NCBI GenBank assembly: GCA_030390025.1
Contig: CM059432.1
Coordinates: 106,704,001 to 106,768,000 of the forward strand
Source of the DNA: Squalus acanthias
Taxonomy: Eukaryota
Direction of reading: 5' to 3'
Length of the DNA stretch: 64,000 bases
Position 1 is the first letter of the stretch; the number at the start of each line of letters is the position of its first letter. The notes beneath the pieces were generated by a model, which had not been told where the DNA came from, made no database searches, and saw only the letters and a program-made list of their open reading frames with translations. Positions 1 to 14,144 of this stretch are shown here, piece after piece. Position numbers and translations under genes: made by a program.

Positions 1-1027
1 TCACCTCTGGTCTACATCCTTAATCCCCTCTTCATTTACATGCTACCTATCAGTGACATCATCTGCAAATACTACATTCGTTTCTAACACTATCACTCCA
101 TCTTCACCTTTGATTCCAAGGCTATTGCTTTACTTTCCCACTGTCTGTCTGATATCAGGTCCTGAATTAGTTGAAATTTCCTCTTCAGATCTTCCCAGCA
201 CCATTGTGGCTTTTGCTTGATGCCATTAACCTCCCCTGTTAGTGCTTATGCCAAATCCGGAGTTACAAATCTTGGCATCCTGTTCAACCCTGAGCTGCAT
301 ATTTTATCCACTGCCAACACTGCTTTCTTTCACTTTTGGAATGTTGCTTATATATTCCTGTACTTCTGCCTCTCTCATTACTGCAAAAACTCTAATTCAT
401 GCTTTCATTACTACAAGGGTTGGCTTCCACAATGCTTTTCTCGGTCTTGCCTGCTTCCATCCTCTGCAAATGCAATCTTATTGAGAAAGCCACGATCATA
501 TCCTTTCCCACATAAAGCTCCACCATCCATCACCCCTATCCTTACCAAATTCCACTGACTCCCTGCTTCCCCCAAATGGACTTCAAGATCCTCATCCTAA
601 TTTTAAAATCCCTTCACAGCCTTGCTCCACCCTATCTGAATTCTCTAGCTGTATTTCCCCGCGCCCACCTTCCTCTCTATAGCTTGGCTCCACCCCATCT
701 GAATGATCTCCAACACTACATCACTGCACCCACCCCTGTCACCGGAATATTGCTTGTTCTCTGCTCCCTCCGCTCCACCATTGAAGGCTAATCTTTCAGT
801 CACTACGCTCTTCCCTTATGGAATTCTCTCTCAAAACCACTTTGCTGCCTTGTTGCCTCCCTATCTTCAAAAACTCCTAAACACCGTTATCTTCAACTGT
901 ACCTTCAGCCTTTCTCGCCTCCCCTATATTTTTCTTCATTTTCTGTTCGTAACTTTCTTTTTGTGCCTTTCAAAGTTGTCAGATATTTCCTTTATGTGAG
1001 GAATCATAAAGAAATGTATGTTGTTGT
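1..1027 (+). mobile_element. Degenerate L2-clade LINE, 3' part
   Basis: Remnants such as TLIHAFIT and DFKILILILKSLHSLAPPYL match the L2 ORF2 C-terminus of better copies here (21221-21958); ends in a TGTTGTTG tail. Confidence 0.7.
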
Positions 1028-1119
1028 CCTCAGCAGTGTGTCTTTTTTTTTAACTGAATACAGTCCAACTTTGAGATGGTGCCAACTGTAGTTACTGTGG
1101 TGTATTCAGGATCCTAGAA

Positions 1120-3170
1120 TCATCTTCTTGGGCAGACCCTCAGAACCGAGGATGACTTGCTTCCACACTAAAAATGAGTTCTCAGGAGACTGGTGAGTCC
1201 AATGCGGGACCTACAGTCTCTGTCACAGGTGGGGCAGACAGTGGTTGAAGGGGCGGGTGCTTGGGTTGACGTGTGCTCCTTGCGCTGTTTGCGCTTGGTT
1301 TCCATTTGCTCCCGACGAAGAGACTCGAGGTGTTCGGCGCCTTCCTGGATGCTTCTCCTCCACTTTGTGCGGTCTTGGGCCAGGGATTCCCAGGTGTCGG
1401 TGGTGATGTTGCACTTTTTCAAGGAGGCTTTGAGGGTGTCCTTGAAGCGTTTCCCTCTGCCCACCTGGGGCTCTCTTGCCGTGTCGGAGCTCCGAGTAGA
1501 ACGCTTGCTTTGGGAGTCTTGTATCGGGCATGCGGATGATGTGGCCCGTCCATTGGAGCTGATCGATGCTGGGGATGTTGGCCTGAGCGAGAACACTGAT
1601 GTTGGTGCACCTATCCTGCCAATGGATTTGCAGGATCTTGCGGAGGTAGCGTTGGTGGTACCTCTCCAATGCTTTGAGGTGCCTGCTGTACATGGTCCAT
1701 GTCTCTGAAGCATACAGGAGGGCGGGTATCACTACTGCTCTGTAGACCATGAGCTTGGTGCTGGGTTTGAGGTCCTGGTCTTCAAACACTCTCTTCCTCA
1801 GGCGACCGAAGGCTGCACTGGCACACTGAAGGCGGTGTTGGACTTCGTCATCGATGTCTGCTCTTGTTGACAGTAGGCTCCCGAGGTATGGAAGGTGGTC
1901 CACGTTGCCCAAGGTTGGTAGAGGACCTTTGTCTTACGGATGTTTAGTGTTAGACCCATGCTCTTATACGCTTCGGTGAAGGTGTTGATGATGGTTTGGA
2001 GTTCGGCCTCAGAGTGTGCGCAGACGCAAGCATCATCTGCATACTGTAATTCGATGACAGAGGATGGGATGACTTTGGATCTGGACTGGAGGCGACGGAG
2101 GTTGAACAGTTTCCCGTTTGTTCTGTAGATTAGCTCCACTCCAGCGGGGAGCTTACTGAGGGTGAGATGGAGCATTGCAGCCAGGAAGATTGAGAAGAGC
2201 GATGACGCAGCCTTGCTTGGCCCCAGTCCGTACGTGAATTGGGTCTGTGGTGGATCCGTTGGTCAGGATCACGGCTTGCATGTCGTTGTGAAGCAGGTGG
2301 AGGATGGTGACAAACTTTTGAGGGCAGCCGAATTTGACGAGGACACTCCATAATCCCTCATGGTTGACGATGTCGAAGGCCATGTACAGCGGTTGGTGCT
2401 GTTCCCTGCATTTCTCTTGTAGTTGACGCATGGTGAAGATCATGTCCATTGTGCCCCTTAGTGGGCGGAATCTGCATTGCGACTCTGGGAGGAGCTCTTC
2501 AGCCACTGGGAGAAGGCGATTGAGGAGGATTCTTGCGATGACTTTCCCTGTGGCAGACAGCAGGGAGACTCTTCTGTAATTACCGGAATCGGACTTGTCA
2601 CCTTTCTTGAAGATGGTCACGATTATGGCGTCTCTGAGATCCCCTGGCATGCTCTCCTCCTTCCAAATAAGAGAAATGAGTTCATGTATTCGCGCCAGTA
2701 TTCGCGCCAATAGTGCTTCTCCGCCATGTTTTAGTGCCTCGGCGGGGATTCCATTTGGTCCTGAGGCCTTGTTGTTGTTCAGTTGTCGGATGGCCTTTTC
2801 AACCTCATGCCGGGCTGGGATTGTGCTTAGGTGGTGGCGGGTAGCATGCTGCGGGATGGAGTTGAGGACACACGTCGAAGTCAGAGTCTTGGTTAAGGAG
2901 ATCTTCGAAGTGCTCCTTCCAGCAGTCATTGAGTGCCTCTCTGTCCTTGATGAGTACCTCTCCGTTCTTGGCCCGCAGTGGGGTAGGACCTTGGGTGCTT
3001 GGGCCGTAGGTGGTCTTGACTGCGCTAAAGAATCCACGCACGTCGTGGTTGTCGGCAAGCTGCTGGATCTCCTGCGCTTTCTCCACCCACCATCTGTTCT
3101 TTAGGTCGTGAGTTTTTTGTTGGACCTTGGCCTTCAGGCGTCTGTAGAGCTGCTTTCTTGCTCTCGAGTT
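1120..3170 (-). mobile_element. RTE-clade LINE, 5'-truncated and frameshifted
   Basis: Successive minus-strand ORF pieces give NYRRVSLLSATGKVIARIL, ELQYADD, HLPYLGS, LLYASETW and a C-terminal CPTC..SRIGL..H motif, typical of RTE reverse transcriptases. Confidence 0.9.
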
Positions 3171-4004
3171 CTGGTACGTCTCAGTGCTAAGATTTGATTT
3201 GCCGGCCCGCATAATGGACGTTGATCTCACTTTTGGGCAGTCCTCTTCCATTTCTAGGGTATTTCCTGCTTGAGTTAGTAATCCTATCCAGGTTGTTCAT
3301 GTTATTGGATACACTAGGGACACTATTGCGACCTTGCACACACAAGATTCCCTTACGAGACACACTGGCAATCAGAGTGGCCAGAGTTTAATGTGCAGCC
3401 TGTTAAAGTCTCAGTTAATATTGATAACTTTGCACTTTTGCTATCTTTGAAAACAGGTGCCACTGGCTTTTCTCGGCTTCTCAATACAACAACTTGCATT
3501 TATATAGTACTTTTTAATGTTTTAACATAGTGAGTCCCAAGGCACTTCACAGATAGCCATTATGAAAATGTACTTCAAACCTGGAGGTGAGAGTTCGAGG
3601 TTGAAGAGCTGGCTTTTGAGAAGCATTTTAATGGAGGGGATAGAGGTGGAGATGTTTAGGAAGGGAATTCTGGAGAGTACCTGAATTACTGCAGATTACA
3701 ACTCTGGTTTATAACTATACCGTATGTGGGTAATTATCTATCCAAGGGAAGAAGCTGGTTTACTCTGGGCAAAGAGTACAGATGATTAGTTTTATTGGCA
3801 TTGAACTATTTCTGCCAAGTACACTCAAAAATAAGCCTGACCTGTTATTAGATGCATTGGACAGCACTCTCATTTCATACACTGGCTCAGTATCAATTCT
3901 TGTGACCCTTTGCTCACAAACTATCCTTTAAAACATTTGCAAGTTTATTTTGTAAAATTGTTGATTTGTTGTCTTAGAAAATCATGTTGCCAACTGTTCT
4001 AACA

Positions 4005-4133
4005 AAGGGACATATGCCTGAAACACCAACCTAACCTTTTTCCTTTCTCCAATGACTCTGCCTGACTTGTTGAGTGTTTCCAGCATTTTCTGTTTTTATT
4101 TCAGATATCCAGCATCTGCAGTATTTTGCTTTT
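4005..4133 (+). mobile_element. Degenerate Penelope terminal-repeat fragment
   Basis: Diverged match to the ends at 30161-30260 and 51271-51406 (tttccagcattttctgtttttatttcaga...ccagcatctgcagtattttgcttt); the hammerhead core is mutated. Confidence 0.65.
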
Positions 4134-4419
4134 ATGTTCGCTAGCTATTTTATCTGTTGGGAGAGTGTTTAATCTTTAGGTGTTAGTTATTAAAAGCAGA
4201 CCATTTATTAATGCTCTACAAAATTTCTGTCTGTGGTAGTTTCTGAATTTCATCTCTAGCAACAGATTGCTGTTTGATCTTTTTACCTACTACATAAAAC
4301 CATAGCTATGGGTTTTAAGTTGCAATGTGTGGATGCCAGACTTGCCGAAGACATCTTGGAAAGGACCAAGCTTATAAAAAAGTACAACAGCAATTTGTAT
4401 CCTAGTATCTGCTTTGCTC

Positions 4420-4605
4420 TGTTGGTGGCAATCATGCCTTGAGTCAGAAGGTTGTGGGTTCAAACCTTACTCCAAGACTTTACACTCTAACACAGTGCTG
4501 AGGGAATATTGTCTTTTGGATGGACATTAAAACCTTTTCAAGTGAACGTAAAAGATCTCATGGCACTATTTGAAGAAAAGCAGGGAGTTATCCTTGTGTT
4601 CCTCA
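4420..4605 (+). mobile_element. DeuSINE-type SINE remnant
   Basis: gagtcagaaggttgtgggttcaaa and aaagatctcatggcactatttgaagaaaagcaggg match the fuller copy at 48972-49420. Confidence 0.7.
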
Positions 4606-5750
4606 ACCTTCTCTGGGGATAGTACCATGGTATCCTGGTGGTAGTCGCTATCTTTTAGGGAGGATTTTCAAATGGAAATATCCTCTACATAAGACACATA
4701 CTGTGTCCTTTTGGGGGGAAAAAAGTATTTCTGCTCCAATTTGTACATTTTGTTCCAGTACTTTGCTCTGCCTGTTAAATTGGCTATTCCTGCAGCAGGT
4801 GACTTTGTACAGCACAGGAAATATGCATGATGTCCATGGATACTTGATGTAGTTTCCACACAATTTTCCCCATTGGTGCCCTTGGCTTAGCCTGGTGGGA
4901 TATGGAGGGTCCTTCACAACGCTTCTCGAGATCCTGAATTGGGCCAAGTTAGCATTGCTGTTCAACTTTCATTGGAAAGCTGGAGCTGATTTTATTCCTC
5001 TGCAAAGGAAAAATGCCACAAAATGAAAAGAATCATGTAATATATATAATACCACTAGCCTGCAGTTTTCATTATTTCAAACTGACTTAAACTTCCTTGA
5101 TCTTCTGAAGGAATTTATTATTTTAAAATGTGAATTACAAATATCCTTACAGCAGATTAAACTGTCAGCGAAAGGGCTGACTTAAAGAAAAATGTAGACT
5201 GCAAGTTGTTAAGGAGAAGGGAGTTCTCTTCCCCACAATTGGCTGGAAGCTGAACCAGTTAATCAGATTTTAAGTCAATTAGCCAATAAATTCTGGCAAA
5301 CCTGAAAGTTATGTGTCATGCAGGACACTGTATATTATAAAATGTGATTTGGGTACATAAGAGAGATTGACACCCACTTAAACATTTATTAATCAATGCC
5401 ACCACATGTATATGCTAAGCATGTTTTATCACCTATATAAACCCTTTTTACCATTAATATTGCCTACAGTATTCATATATGATGTGCACAATCCTATCCT
5501 CAGATGTACTATTGTTAAAGTTCAGTGTGATTGGAAAGGGAGAAGACTGAAGTCATTTTGAACTCTACATGGGTGTAACCATGCAGAGTTTATGGTCAGC
5601 AGCAGTTTTTTTTATATGTTGAAATTGTTTGCCAGTCTAAGTAGACTAGTATTGAACAGAAACAATACCAAGTACTTCGAACACTGCACATTAGAGAAGG
5701 TTTAATGAAGATCTAATATTTAATATTCTGCCCTTTTTTAAATTTTTCAG

Positions 5751-5809
5751 AAGTATCATGTTGTTACCAAGCAAGAGATTATCCAATTTGCAGAGAAGCC
5801 TGTGATCAG
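5751..5809 (+). CDS. RECK: RECK coding exon (equivalent to human exon 2), CC1 cysteine-knot region
   Basis: 59 bp between ttttcag and gtatga; reads (x)VSCCYQARDYPICREACDQ, versus human RECK CCNHSKDNQMCRDVCEQ as recalled. Ends in phase 0. Confidence 0.92.
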
Positions 5810-8255
5810 GTATGACCTTTGATAATTTTTAAGTAGTCTTGATAAGACTGGGTTTAGACATGAAGCACTATCGGGTCCTGCTCTCGTCTGCCAGAGCTGT
5901 TCACTATTCCAGGATCATTCTGGAATGCAAAGATAACCCCCCGGCATCCTTTCTCTACTGCAAACCGTCTTCTTAACCCCCTCTCCCCTCTCTCCTCCAC
6001 CCTCACCGCCAACAACAAGTGCGAGGAGCTCATGGACTTCTTTGTTACTAAGATTGAGACCATCCGATCAGCTGCCTCTGCCACTTCCCTCCCTTCTCCG
6101 AGCCCACTGGGCCAAACTTCCTCTAAGGTTCCTCATGCCCTAACCCTGAACTCTCATCTTTCTCCAGTTTCTCTTCAATCTCCGCTCATGCCCTCTCCAA
6201 GCTCATCTTGTCCATAAGACTCACCTCCTGCTCCCTCAACCCTATTCCCACTAAAGTGTTGACCACCCAACTTTCTTTCCTGGCTCCCATGTTAGATGAT
6301 ATTGTTAATGGTTCTCGCTCCTCAGGTAGTGTCCCCCTCTCCTTCAACTCTGCTGTCATCGCCCCTCTCCGCAAAAATACCCAACACTGTGCCCCTCCAT
6401 CCTTGCAAACGACCGCCCCATCTCCAACCTCCCTTTCCTCTCCAAAGTCCTTGAACGTGTTGTTGCCTCCCAAATCCATGCCCGTCATTACTGGAACTCC
6501 ATGTTTGAATCTCTCCAATCAGGTTTCCGCCCCTGCCACAATACCGAAACGGCTCTGATCAAAGTCACAAATGACATCCTATGTAACTGTGACAAAGGTA
6601 AACTATCCCTCCTCGTCCTTCTGCAGCCTTTGACACGGTTGACCATACCATCCTCCTCCAACGCCTCTCCACCGTCGTCCAGCTGGGTGGGACTGCACTC
6701 GCCTGGTTCCATTCTTATCTATCAAATTGTAGCCAGAGAATCACCTGCAACGGCTTCTCTTCCCACTCCCGCACCATTACCTCTGGTGTCCCCCAAGGAT
6801 CTATCCTTGGCTCCCTCCTATGCCTCCTCGACATGCTGCCCCTCGGCGACATCATCCGAAAACACAGCATCAGTTTCCACATGTACGCTGATGACACCCA
6901 GCTCTACCTCACTGCCACTTCTCTCGACCCTTCCACTGTCTTTAAATTGTCAAACTGCTTGTCCGACATCCAGTACTGGATGAGCAGAAATTTCCTCCAA
7001 TTAATTATTGAGAAGATCGAAGCCATTATCTTCGGTCCCCGCTACAAACTGTTCACTAGCCATCAACTCCATCCCTCTCCCAGGTAATTGTCTGAGGCTG
7101 AACATAAGAACTAGGAGCAGGAGTAGGCCATTTGGCCCATCGAGCTTGCTCCGCCATTCAATAAGATCATGGCTGATCTGGTCTTGGCCTCAACTCCACG
7201 TTCCTGCCCGCTCCCCATAACTCTTGACTCCCTTATCGTTCAAAAATCTGTCTATCTCCACCTTAAATATATTCATTGACCCAGCCTCCACAGCTCTCTG
7301 GGGTAGAGAATTCCAAAGATTCACGACCCTCTGAGAGAAGAAATGTCTCCTCATCTCCGTTTAAATGGGCGACCCCTTATTTTGAAACTATGCCCCCTAG
7401 TTCTAGATTCCCCCACGAGGGGAAACATCCTCTCTGAATCTACCCTGTCAATCCCCCTCAGAATGTTATGCGTTTCAATAAGACCACCTCTCATTCTTCT
7501 AAACTCCAATGAGTATAGGTCCAACCTGCTCAACCTTTCTTCATAAGACAACCCCTTCATCTCAGAAATCAACCTAGTGAACCTTCTCTAAACTGCCTCC
7601 AATGCAAGTATATCCCTCCTTAAATAAGGAGACCAAAACTGTACGCAATACTCCAGGTGTGGTCTCACCAGCGCCCTGTACAGTTGTAGCAGGACTTCCC
7701 TACTTTTATACTCCATTCCCTTTGCAATAAAGGCCAACATTCCATTTGCCTTCCTAATTACTTGCTGTACCTGCATGCTAACTTTTTGTGTTGCATGTAC
7801 AAGGACCCCCAGATCCCACTGTACCGCAGCATTTTGTAGTCTCTCTCCATTTAAATAATAATTTGCTTTTTTATTTTTCCTACCAAAGTGGATAACCTCA
7901 CATTTTCCCACATTATACTCCATCTGCCAAATTTTTGCCCACTCACTTAACCTGTCTATCCCTATGTAGATTCTTTGGGCTGGATTATGATACTGGGGCG
8001 GGTTGGGGTCGTGTTATCCGCTTTTCGTGTTGCCCACCCGAATCTAGATCGATGTGGGAGAGTGATGCGATTTTAACTTAATTGGCCAATTGAGTTCCAA
8101 CGTGTGGGAACCCATGGCCAATGAGTTATTCCAGTCTGAAAGTCGCCTCCGATGACGTCATCATTGCTGCTGCATTTAAGGTCTGCAACAAGCCTTGCTT
8201 CTTCTGCAGACTGCCAAGCTTCTGGGCTTGTATCTTAGCGGCAACTGCAGGAGGA

Positions 8256-10170
8256 ATGGCCAGCCAAAGACCCAGGTCTGCTCCCAGGTTCAATGACGTT
8301 GCCCTGCAAGCTTTAGCGGAGGGAGCAAGAGCCAACAGAGGTGCTCTTCCCTTCCTCCGGGAGGAAGAAGCCTCCCCAGCAGACCAAGGCTGTGTGGGTC
8401 CAGGTCGCCCAGGAGGTCAACTCTTTATCCATCACCCGCAGAACCTGGCTCCAGTGCAGGAAGAGGTTTCATGACCTTCTACACACTGCAAAAGTGAGTA
8501 TGACTTTCCCTTCACCCTCAATCTGATCCCCATTGCCTCTCCTCACCAGCACTCAGCTTTAGCAACCTCTTCCTCCATATCCCACTTGACACTGACATCA
8601 ATGCACCCTTACCCATTCCCTCTCCCTCTATGGTCACATTCACCTTACTATTCGACTATGCAGCCCTCACACTCCCTATCGCTGTCATGCTATGAAAACA
8701 ACATACAACACACGGGGAGGGCCCTTGGTCTTGCCACCTCACTCCATCTTTGTCTCCTTCTAAGCATCTATGCTATGGACTCTCTACACTCACTCCTTCA
8801 ATCTCACTCAAACTCCACTTGTCTCCCTCATTGCAGGAAAAGAGAGCTCACAATAAAAGGGAAAGAGCCAGGACAGGAGGAGGGCCACCTTCATTAGCCC
8901 AGCTCACCCCCTGGGAGGATGCGGTCCTGGAGATCGTGGGAGTGGAGGACGATACACAAGTGGGGGACGGACAGACAGGTGCATCACAGCAAGCTGGTGA
9001 CTGAATAGTGTTCCATCTCTCTCATTGACATTGCATGAGTCGTTGATAATGAATCTGAATCTCTAACAGATGGATTTATGATCATCTGCAATGTGCATGT
9101 AACCTTGGCATCACATCTCTGACTCTTTCCTTTACTCCCCCACAGGACCATCGCAAGCACCCGTCCCCACTAGCCAGGAGGACCAGCCTGAGCATCCAGA
9201 CTCCTCAGAGGAAGCTGCAACCTCTGAGGGCACAGCGTCAGCAGAATTCAGCGCACCCAGCACCAGCGCAGAGACTCACACCTCGGTGGGACCCTTGGGA
9301 CATAGAGTAGTGTTGTCACCTGGTGTATCACAGCTCACAAGTAAGCATCAGCAGATGGTGGAGACAGGGACAGCAGTGGAGAGTCCTAGTCGGAGGGCGC
9401 AGGACTCTCCTAGCTCGGCTCAGCTGCATGTCGACCCTCTGCCTCTGGGGCCATCCATAAGATCAGCGGTGCTGGGACTCCAGAAACAGATGCAGGAGTC
9501 TCTGACAGGTTTTGTCTCCAGGGTCGTTGCGAGTGTGGAGCGAATGGAGGAGTCCATAGCGAACATGAGCAGAGCCTTTGTGGAGTCATTGGCGCATGAA
9601 CGCATCACCATGGAAAGGATGGCAACCTCCATGGAGGTGATAAGTCGCCAGAGTGCAGAAAACATGGTGAGTGTTCTGAATAGAATGACATCTCTGGAGG
9701 AGCGATGGACATCTATTGAACAGAGAAACCAGACCTTCATGGAAGTCCTTCTGAGTAGGACTGCCAGTGCAGATACGGGTCCCCATGGCCCCCCTGATGT
9801 GCAGCAAGGTGCTCTCAATCCACTTGCAAGCGCTGAGGTGGACCTGACCCATGAGAGGGATGTTGGTGGCAGACAACAAGGGGGTGGGGGCTCCTCTCCA
9901 AGCGCTCACACTTCCATGCCACTGACAAGTCCTCGGTCAGAGCCCCACCAGAGTCCGCACCCAACTGAGATCGGCGTCTCAACCCCTGCCCAGCCGCAGG
10001 AGCAGCAGACTGTTGCCGAGCCCTCGCAGGTTCGCAACCCCAGAGGACGCCCGCCAAAGGTGTCGAGACAGGAGCAGCAACAAACTGAGCAGGGGGCCTC
10101 CACCTCTGCTGAAGCCACAGGGGAAGCACCACGTAGGAGCACACGTAAGAGAAAGATACTGCACAAATAG
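8256..10170 (+). pseudogene. Harbinger Myb/SANT-like DNA-binding protein, 3 exons (8256-8493, 8837-8996, 9146-10170), about 474 aa, one frameshift
   Basis: MASQRPRSAPRFNDVALQAL..VLF..KAVWVQVAQEVN..RTWLQCRKRFHDL / EKRAHNKRERARTGGGPP. GT-AG introns have compatible phases (0, then 1). Frameshift at about 8337-8341 in AGAG. Confidence 0.85.
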
Positions 10171-10429
10171 TCACAAGGGTAGTCACTTGGGGTGAAATTT
10201 GATGTTTAATGTAAAAAAAGCCATCAGGTGTTAAGTGTAACTAAAAACTCTGATGGCTACAGCTGCAGTTGTGACGTCTGTCATTTCGCTAATGGGACTT
10301 CCACAATGAGGCCTTAGGACAGCTTGCAATTGTCAGTATGGTGGTCAAATTGTTAGGGATCCGCTGGGTCTGGGCCATTGTCGTAGCTCTGGTAAGAAGC
10401 TGCGAGGCAAAAGCGCTTGATTGTCTAGG

Positions 10430-11667
10430 CTAAGCAAATCTGGCCAAGATGAGTGCGTCCTTTGCATTCCGGGCAGCTATGGTCTCGCGTAATGCTGCCG
10501 CTGGTTGATGGGCCTCTGCAAGATGTTCGTTCTCTCTCCTCCTCCTCCTCCTCCTCCTCCTCATCTGAGGAGGCTATGTGAGGAGCCACTTGGTCCCCCG
10601 GCATCTGCAAGCCACGACGCTGTGCCATGTTGTGAAGTGCACAGCAAACCACGACGATTTTGGAGACCCTGGCTGCTGAGTATTGCAGGGCTCCACCTGA
10701 TCTATCCAGGCATCTGAAGCGCATCTTCAGCATACCGATGGTTTGCTCGATTATGGCTCTGGTGGAAATGTGGCTGGAGTTGCAGCTCTCCTCAGCTGCG
10801 TTGGATGGGCTCCTCAACGGCGTCATTAGCCACGTCTTCAGGGGATAGCCCTTGTCTCCAAGTAGCCATCCGTTAAGTTGGTCTGGCGGACTGAATAGCG
10901 GAGGCACAGTATACTGGCGCAGTATGAAGGAGTCATGGCAACTGCCAGGGTACTTGGCACAAACATGCAAAACTTCCTTCTTGTGGTCACACACCAGCTG
11001 AACGTTGAGGGAGTGGAAGCCCTTGCGGTTGACAAAAATACCTGGATTGCGATGGGGTGCCTTAAGGGCCACATGTGTGCAGTCAACGACGCCCTGCACC
11101 CTTGGAAAGCCTACCAGATTAGCTAATCCAACCGCACACGCCGTGACACTTGCTCGATCCTTGGTGAAATGGATGTGATTGTGCGCGATGGCAAAGAGGG
11201 CATCGGTTACCTGCGTGATGCAGGTGTGTGCGGCGGCCTGGGAGATGCCGCTGATGTCTGCTGCTGATCCCTGGAATGAGCCTGAGGCAAAAAAAGTTGA
11301 GTGCGGTGGTGACTTTGACGGCCACTGGTAAGGGGTGTCCACCTGGTCCTCTGGGCTCCAGGTCTTGTTGCAGCATTGCGCAGATGTCACCCACTACCTC
11401 TCGCGAAAGTCGGAGCCGCCTTTGGCACTGCTGCTCAGACATGTTGAGGTAGCTGACCCTGTGTCTGTAGACCCTGTTTGGGGGGTATCTCCTGCGCTGA
11501 CGGCCTTCCATGCGCTGGCCCCTTCTGGCCTGTGCAGCTTCAGGCGGGTGAGCGGCAGCTTGGCACTCCTGCTGTTGGTGCTGCTGTTGTTCATGGTTCT
11601 GCTGGTGCCGCGGCTGGTGTTCGTCCTCATCTGATGCCCAGGAGGGAAGGAAATAAATGGCTCCCAT
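10430..11667 (-). pseudogene. Harbinger DDE transposase (HARBI1-like family), two frameshifts
   Basis: [59 protein letters not shown]. Indels lie in an A7 run (11289-11295) and the (GAG)n tract at about 10531-10562; the corrected end is ..[14 protein letters not shown]. Confidence 0.93.
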
Positions 11668-14134
11668 GCCTCTGGTATATGCCTCAGTTGAGGAAGCGCT
11701 CAATGAGGGTGGCGAGTTGGGTTTCCCAGGAGGTCACACTGGAGATGGGTGTCAGGCTCCAAACTTCCAGAGCTGTGGTTATGCCTTCTAAAAGTTCCCC
11801 AGACCTGTGACAACAAAGTCCTGCCACCTGCAAATGATGGCTGATCAAATCTCCTATTTAATGGTTGAGCTGCAGCTGAGAGTCAGCAATCCACTTGTGC
11901 TCCTGCCAGGTTTCACTGGCGTGTTTCAGATCAGGCGTGCTACACGTGGGAAAAGGGTTAAACTAGCAAAAAACTATCAAAATGGCATTACAGAGCCAAT
12001 TTAGGGCTTGTTACGGCATTAATGGCCTCTCCCGCCTCTTGGAAGCGGGAGGGAGATGGGACCAGTAGACACGATTTAATCAAAATTGCGTGGAGGCGGG
12101 ATCGGGCCCGCCTGCTAGTTTCTGCAATTTTAACCCCCCCACACGCCTCCAATCCCGCCTCAACGGCCCTATGAAAATCCAGCCCTTTGTGTCCTCTTCA
12201 CAAGTTGCTTTCCCACCTATCTTTGTATCATCAGCAAATTTAGCTACATTACACTCGGTCCCTTCGTCCAAGTCGTTAATATAGATTGTAAATAGTTGAG
12301 GCACCAGCACTGATCCCTGTGGCTCCCCACTAGTTACGGTTTGCCAACCTGAAAATGACCCATTTATCCCGACTCTCTGTTTCCTGTTAGTTAGCCAATC
12401 CTCTATCCATGCTAATATATTACCCCCAACCCCATGAGCTCTTATCGTGTGCAGTAACCTTTTATGTGGCACCTTAGCAAATGCCTTCTGGAAATCCAAA
12501 TACACTACATCTACTGGTTTCCCTTTATCCATCCTACTCGTTACATCCTCAAAGAACTCCAGTAAATTTGTCAAACATGATTTCCCTTTCATAAAACCAT
12601 GCTGACTCTGCTTGACTGTATTATGATTTTCTAAATGTCCTGCTACTACTTCCTCATTAATGGACTCCAGCATTTTCCCAATGACAGATGTTAGGCAAAC
12701 TGGTCTATAGTTTCCTGCTCTCTGTCTTCCTGCTTTCTGTCTCCCTCCTTTCTTGAATAGGGGTGTTACATTTGCGGTTTTCCAATCCGCAGGGACCTCT
12801 CCAGAATCCAGGGAATTTTGGTAGATTACAAACAATGCATCCACTATCTCTGCAGCCACTTCTTTTCAGACCCTAGGATACAGGCCATCAGGTCCAGGGG
12901 ACTTGTCCACCTTTAGCCCCATAAGTTTGCCTAGTACTTTTTCTCTAGTGATAGTGATTGTTTTAAGTTCCCCCCTCCCTTTCGCCCCTTGACTATATCT
13001 ATTATTATTGGGATGCTTTTAGTGTCTTCTACCGTGAAGACTGATACAAAATATTTGTTCAAAGTCTCTGCCATTTCCCAATCTCATCCTCTATAGGACC
13101 AACATTTACTTCAGTTACCCGCTTCCTTTTTATATACCTGTGGAAGCTCTTGCTGTCTATTTTTATATTTCTTGCTAGTTTGCTCTCATAATCTATTTTT
13201 TAGTCGTCCTTTGCTGGTTTCTAAAAATTTCCCAATCCTTTTGCCTACCACTAATCTCCGCATCATTGTATGCCATTGTTTTCAATTTGATACCATTCTT
13301 AACTTCCTTAGTTAGCCACGGATGGTTCATTCTTCCCTTAAGTCTTTTTTTCTCACTGGAATATATCTTTGCTGAGAGTTATGAAATATCTCCTTAAATG
13401 TCTGCCACTGTTTATCTACTGTCTTACCCTTTAATCTGTTTTCTCAGTTCACTTTAGCCAACTCTGTCTTCATACCTTTGTAATTGCCTTTATTTAAGTT
13501 CAGGACACTAGTTTGAGACCCAAGTTTCTCACCCTCAAATTGAATTTGAAATTCTACCATGCTATGATCACTCTTCCCTAGAGGATCCTTTACTTTGAGA
13601 TCATTAATTAATCCTATCTCATTACACATTACCAGATCTAAAATAGCCTGCTCCCTGGTTGGTTCCACAACGTATTGTTCGAAGAAACCACCCCGAATAC
13701 ACTCTGTGAACTCTTCCTCAAGGCTACCTTTGCCAATTTGATTTGTCCGATCTATATGCAGGGCATTCTGGAGGGGGAGCGTGAACAGCCAGTTGTCGTG
13801 GTGCATATAGGTACCAACGATATAGGTAAAAAACGGGATGAGGTCCTAAAAGTTGAATAAAGGGAGTTAGGAGGTAAATTAAAAAAATAGGACCTCAAAG
13901 GTAGTAATCTCAGGATTGCTACTGGTGCCAGCGTGCTAGTCAGAGTAGAAATAGAAGGATATTTCAGATGAATACGTGGCTAGAGGAATGGTGCAAGGGG
14001 GAGGGATTCAAATTCCTGGAACATTGGAACCGGTTCTGGGGGAGGTGGGACCAGTACAAACTGGGCAGATTGCACCTGGGCAGGACCGGGACCGATGTCC
14101 GAGGGGGAGTGTTTGCTAGTGCTGTTGGGGAGGG

Positions 14135-14144
14135 TTTAAACTAA
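14135..14144 (+). promoter_or_regulatory. Candidate -1 frameshift heptamer T_TTA_AAC plus ORF1 stop (CR1 copy B)
   Basis: GAG GGT TTA AAC TAA; the -1 frame is open for 62 codons with no ATG and runs into LKALCLHARSI once the MITE is removed. Confidence 0.6.

Larger units (their letters stand above)
7977..12185. mobile_element. PIF/Harbinger DNA transposon with two convergent genes
   Basis: TIRs GGGCTGGATTATGAT / GGGCTGGATTTTCAT; TTT duplicated at 7974-7976 and 12186-12188; encodes a Myb/SANT protein (+) and a DDE transposase (-). Confidence 0.95.

Noticed and set aside
8256..11667. Domesticated HARBI1/NAIF1 host genes
   Set aside because: Enclosed by TIRs and a target duplication, inserted in a CR1, and frameshifted; this is a transposon.
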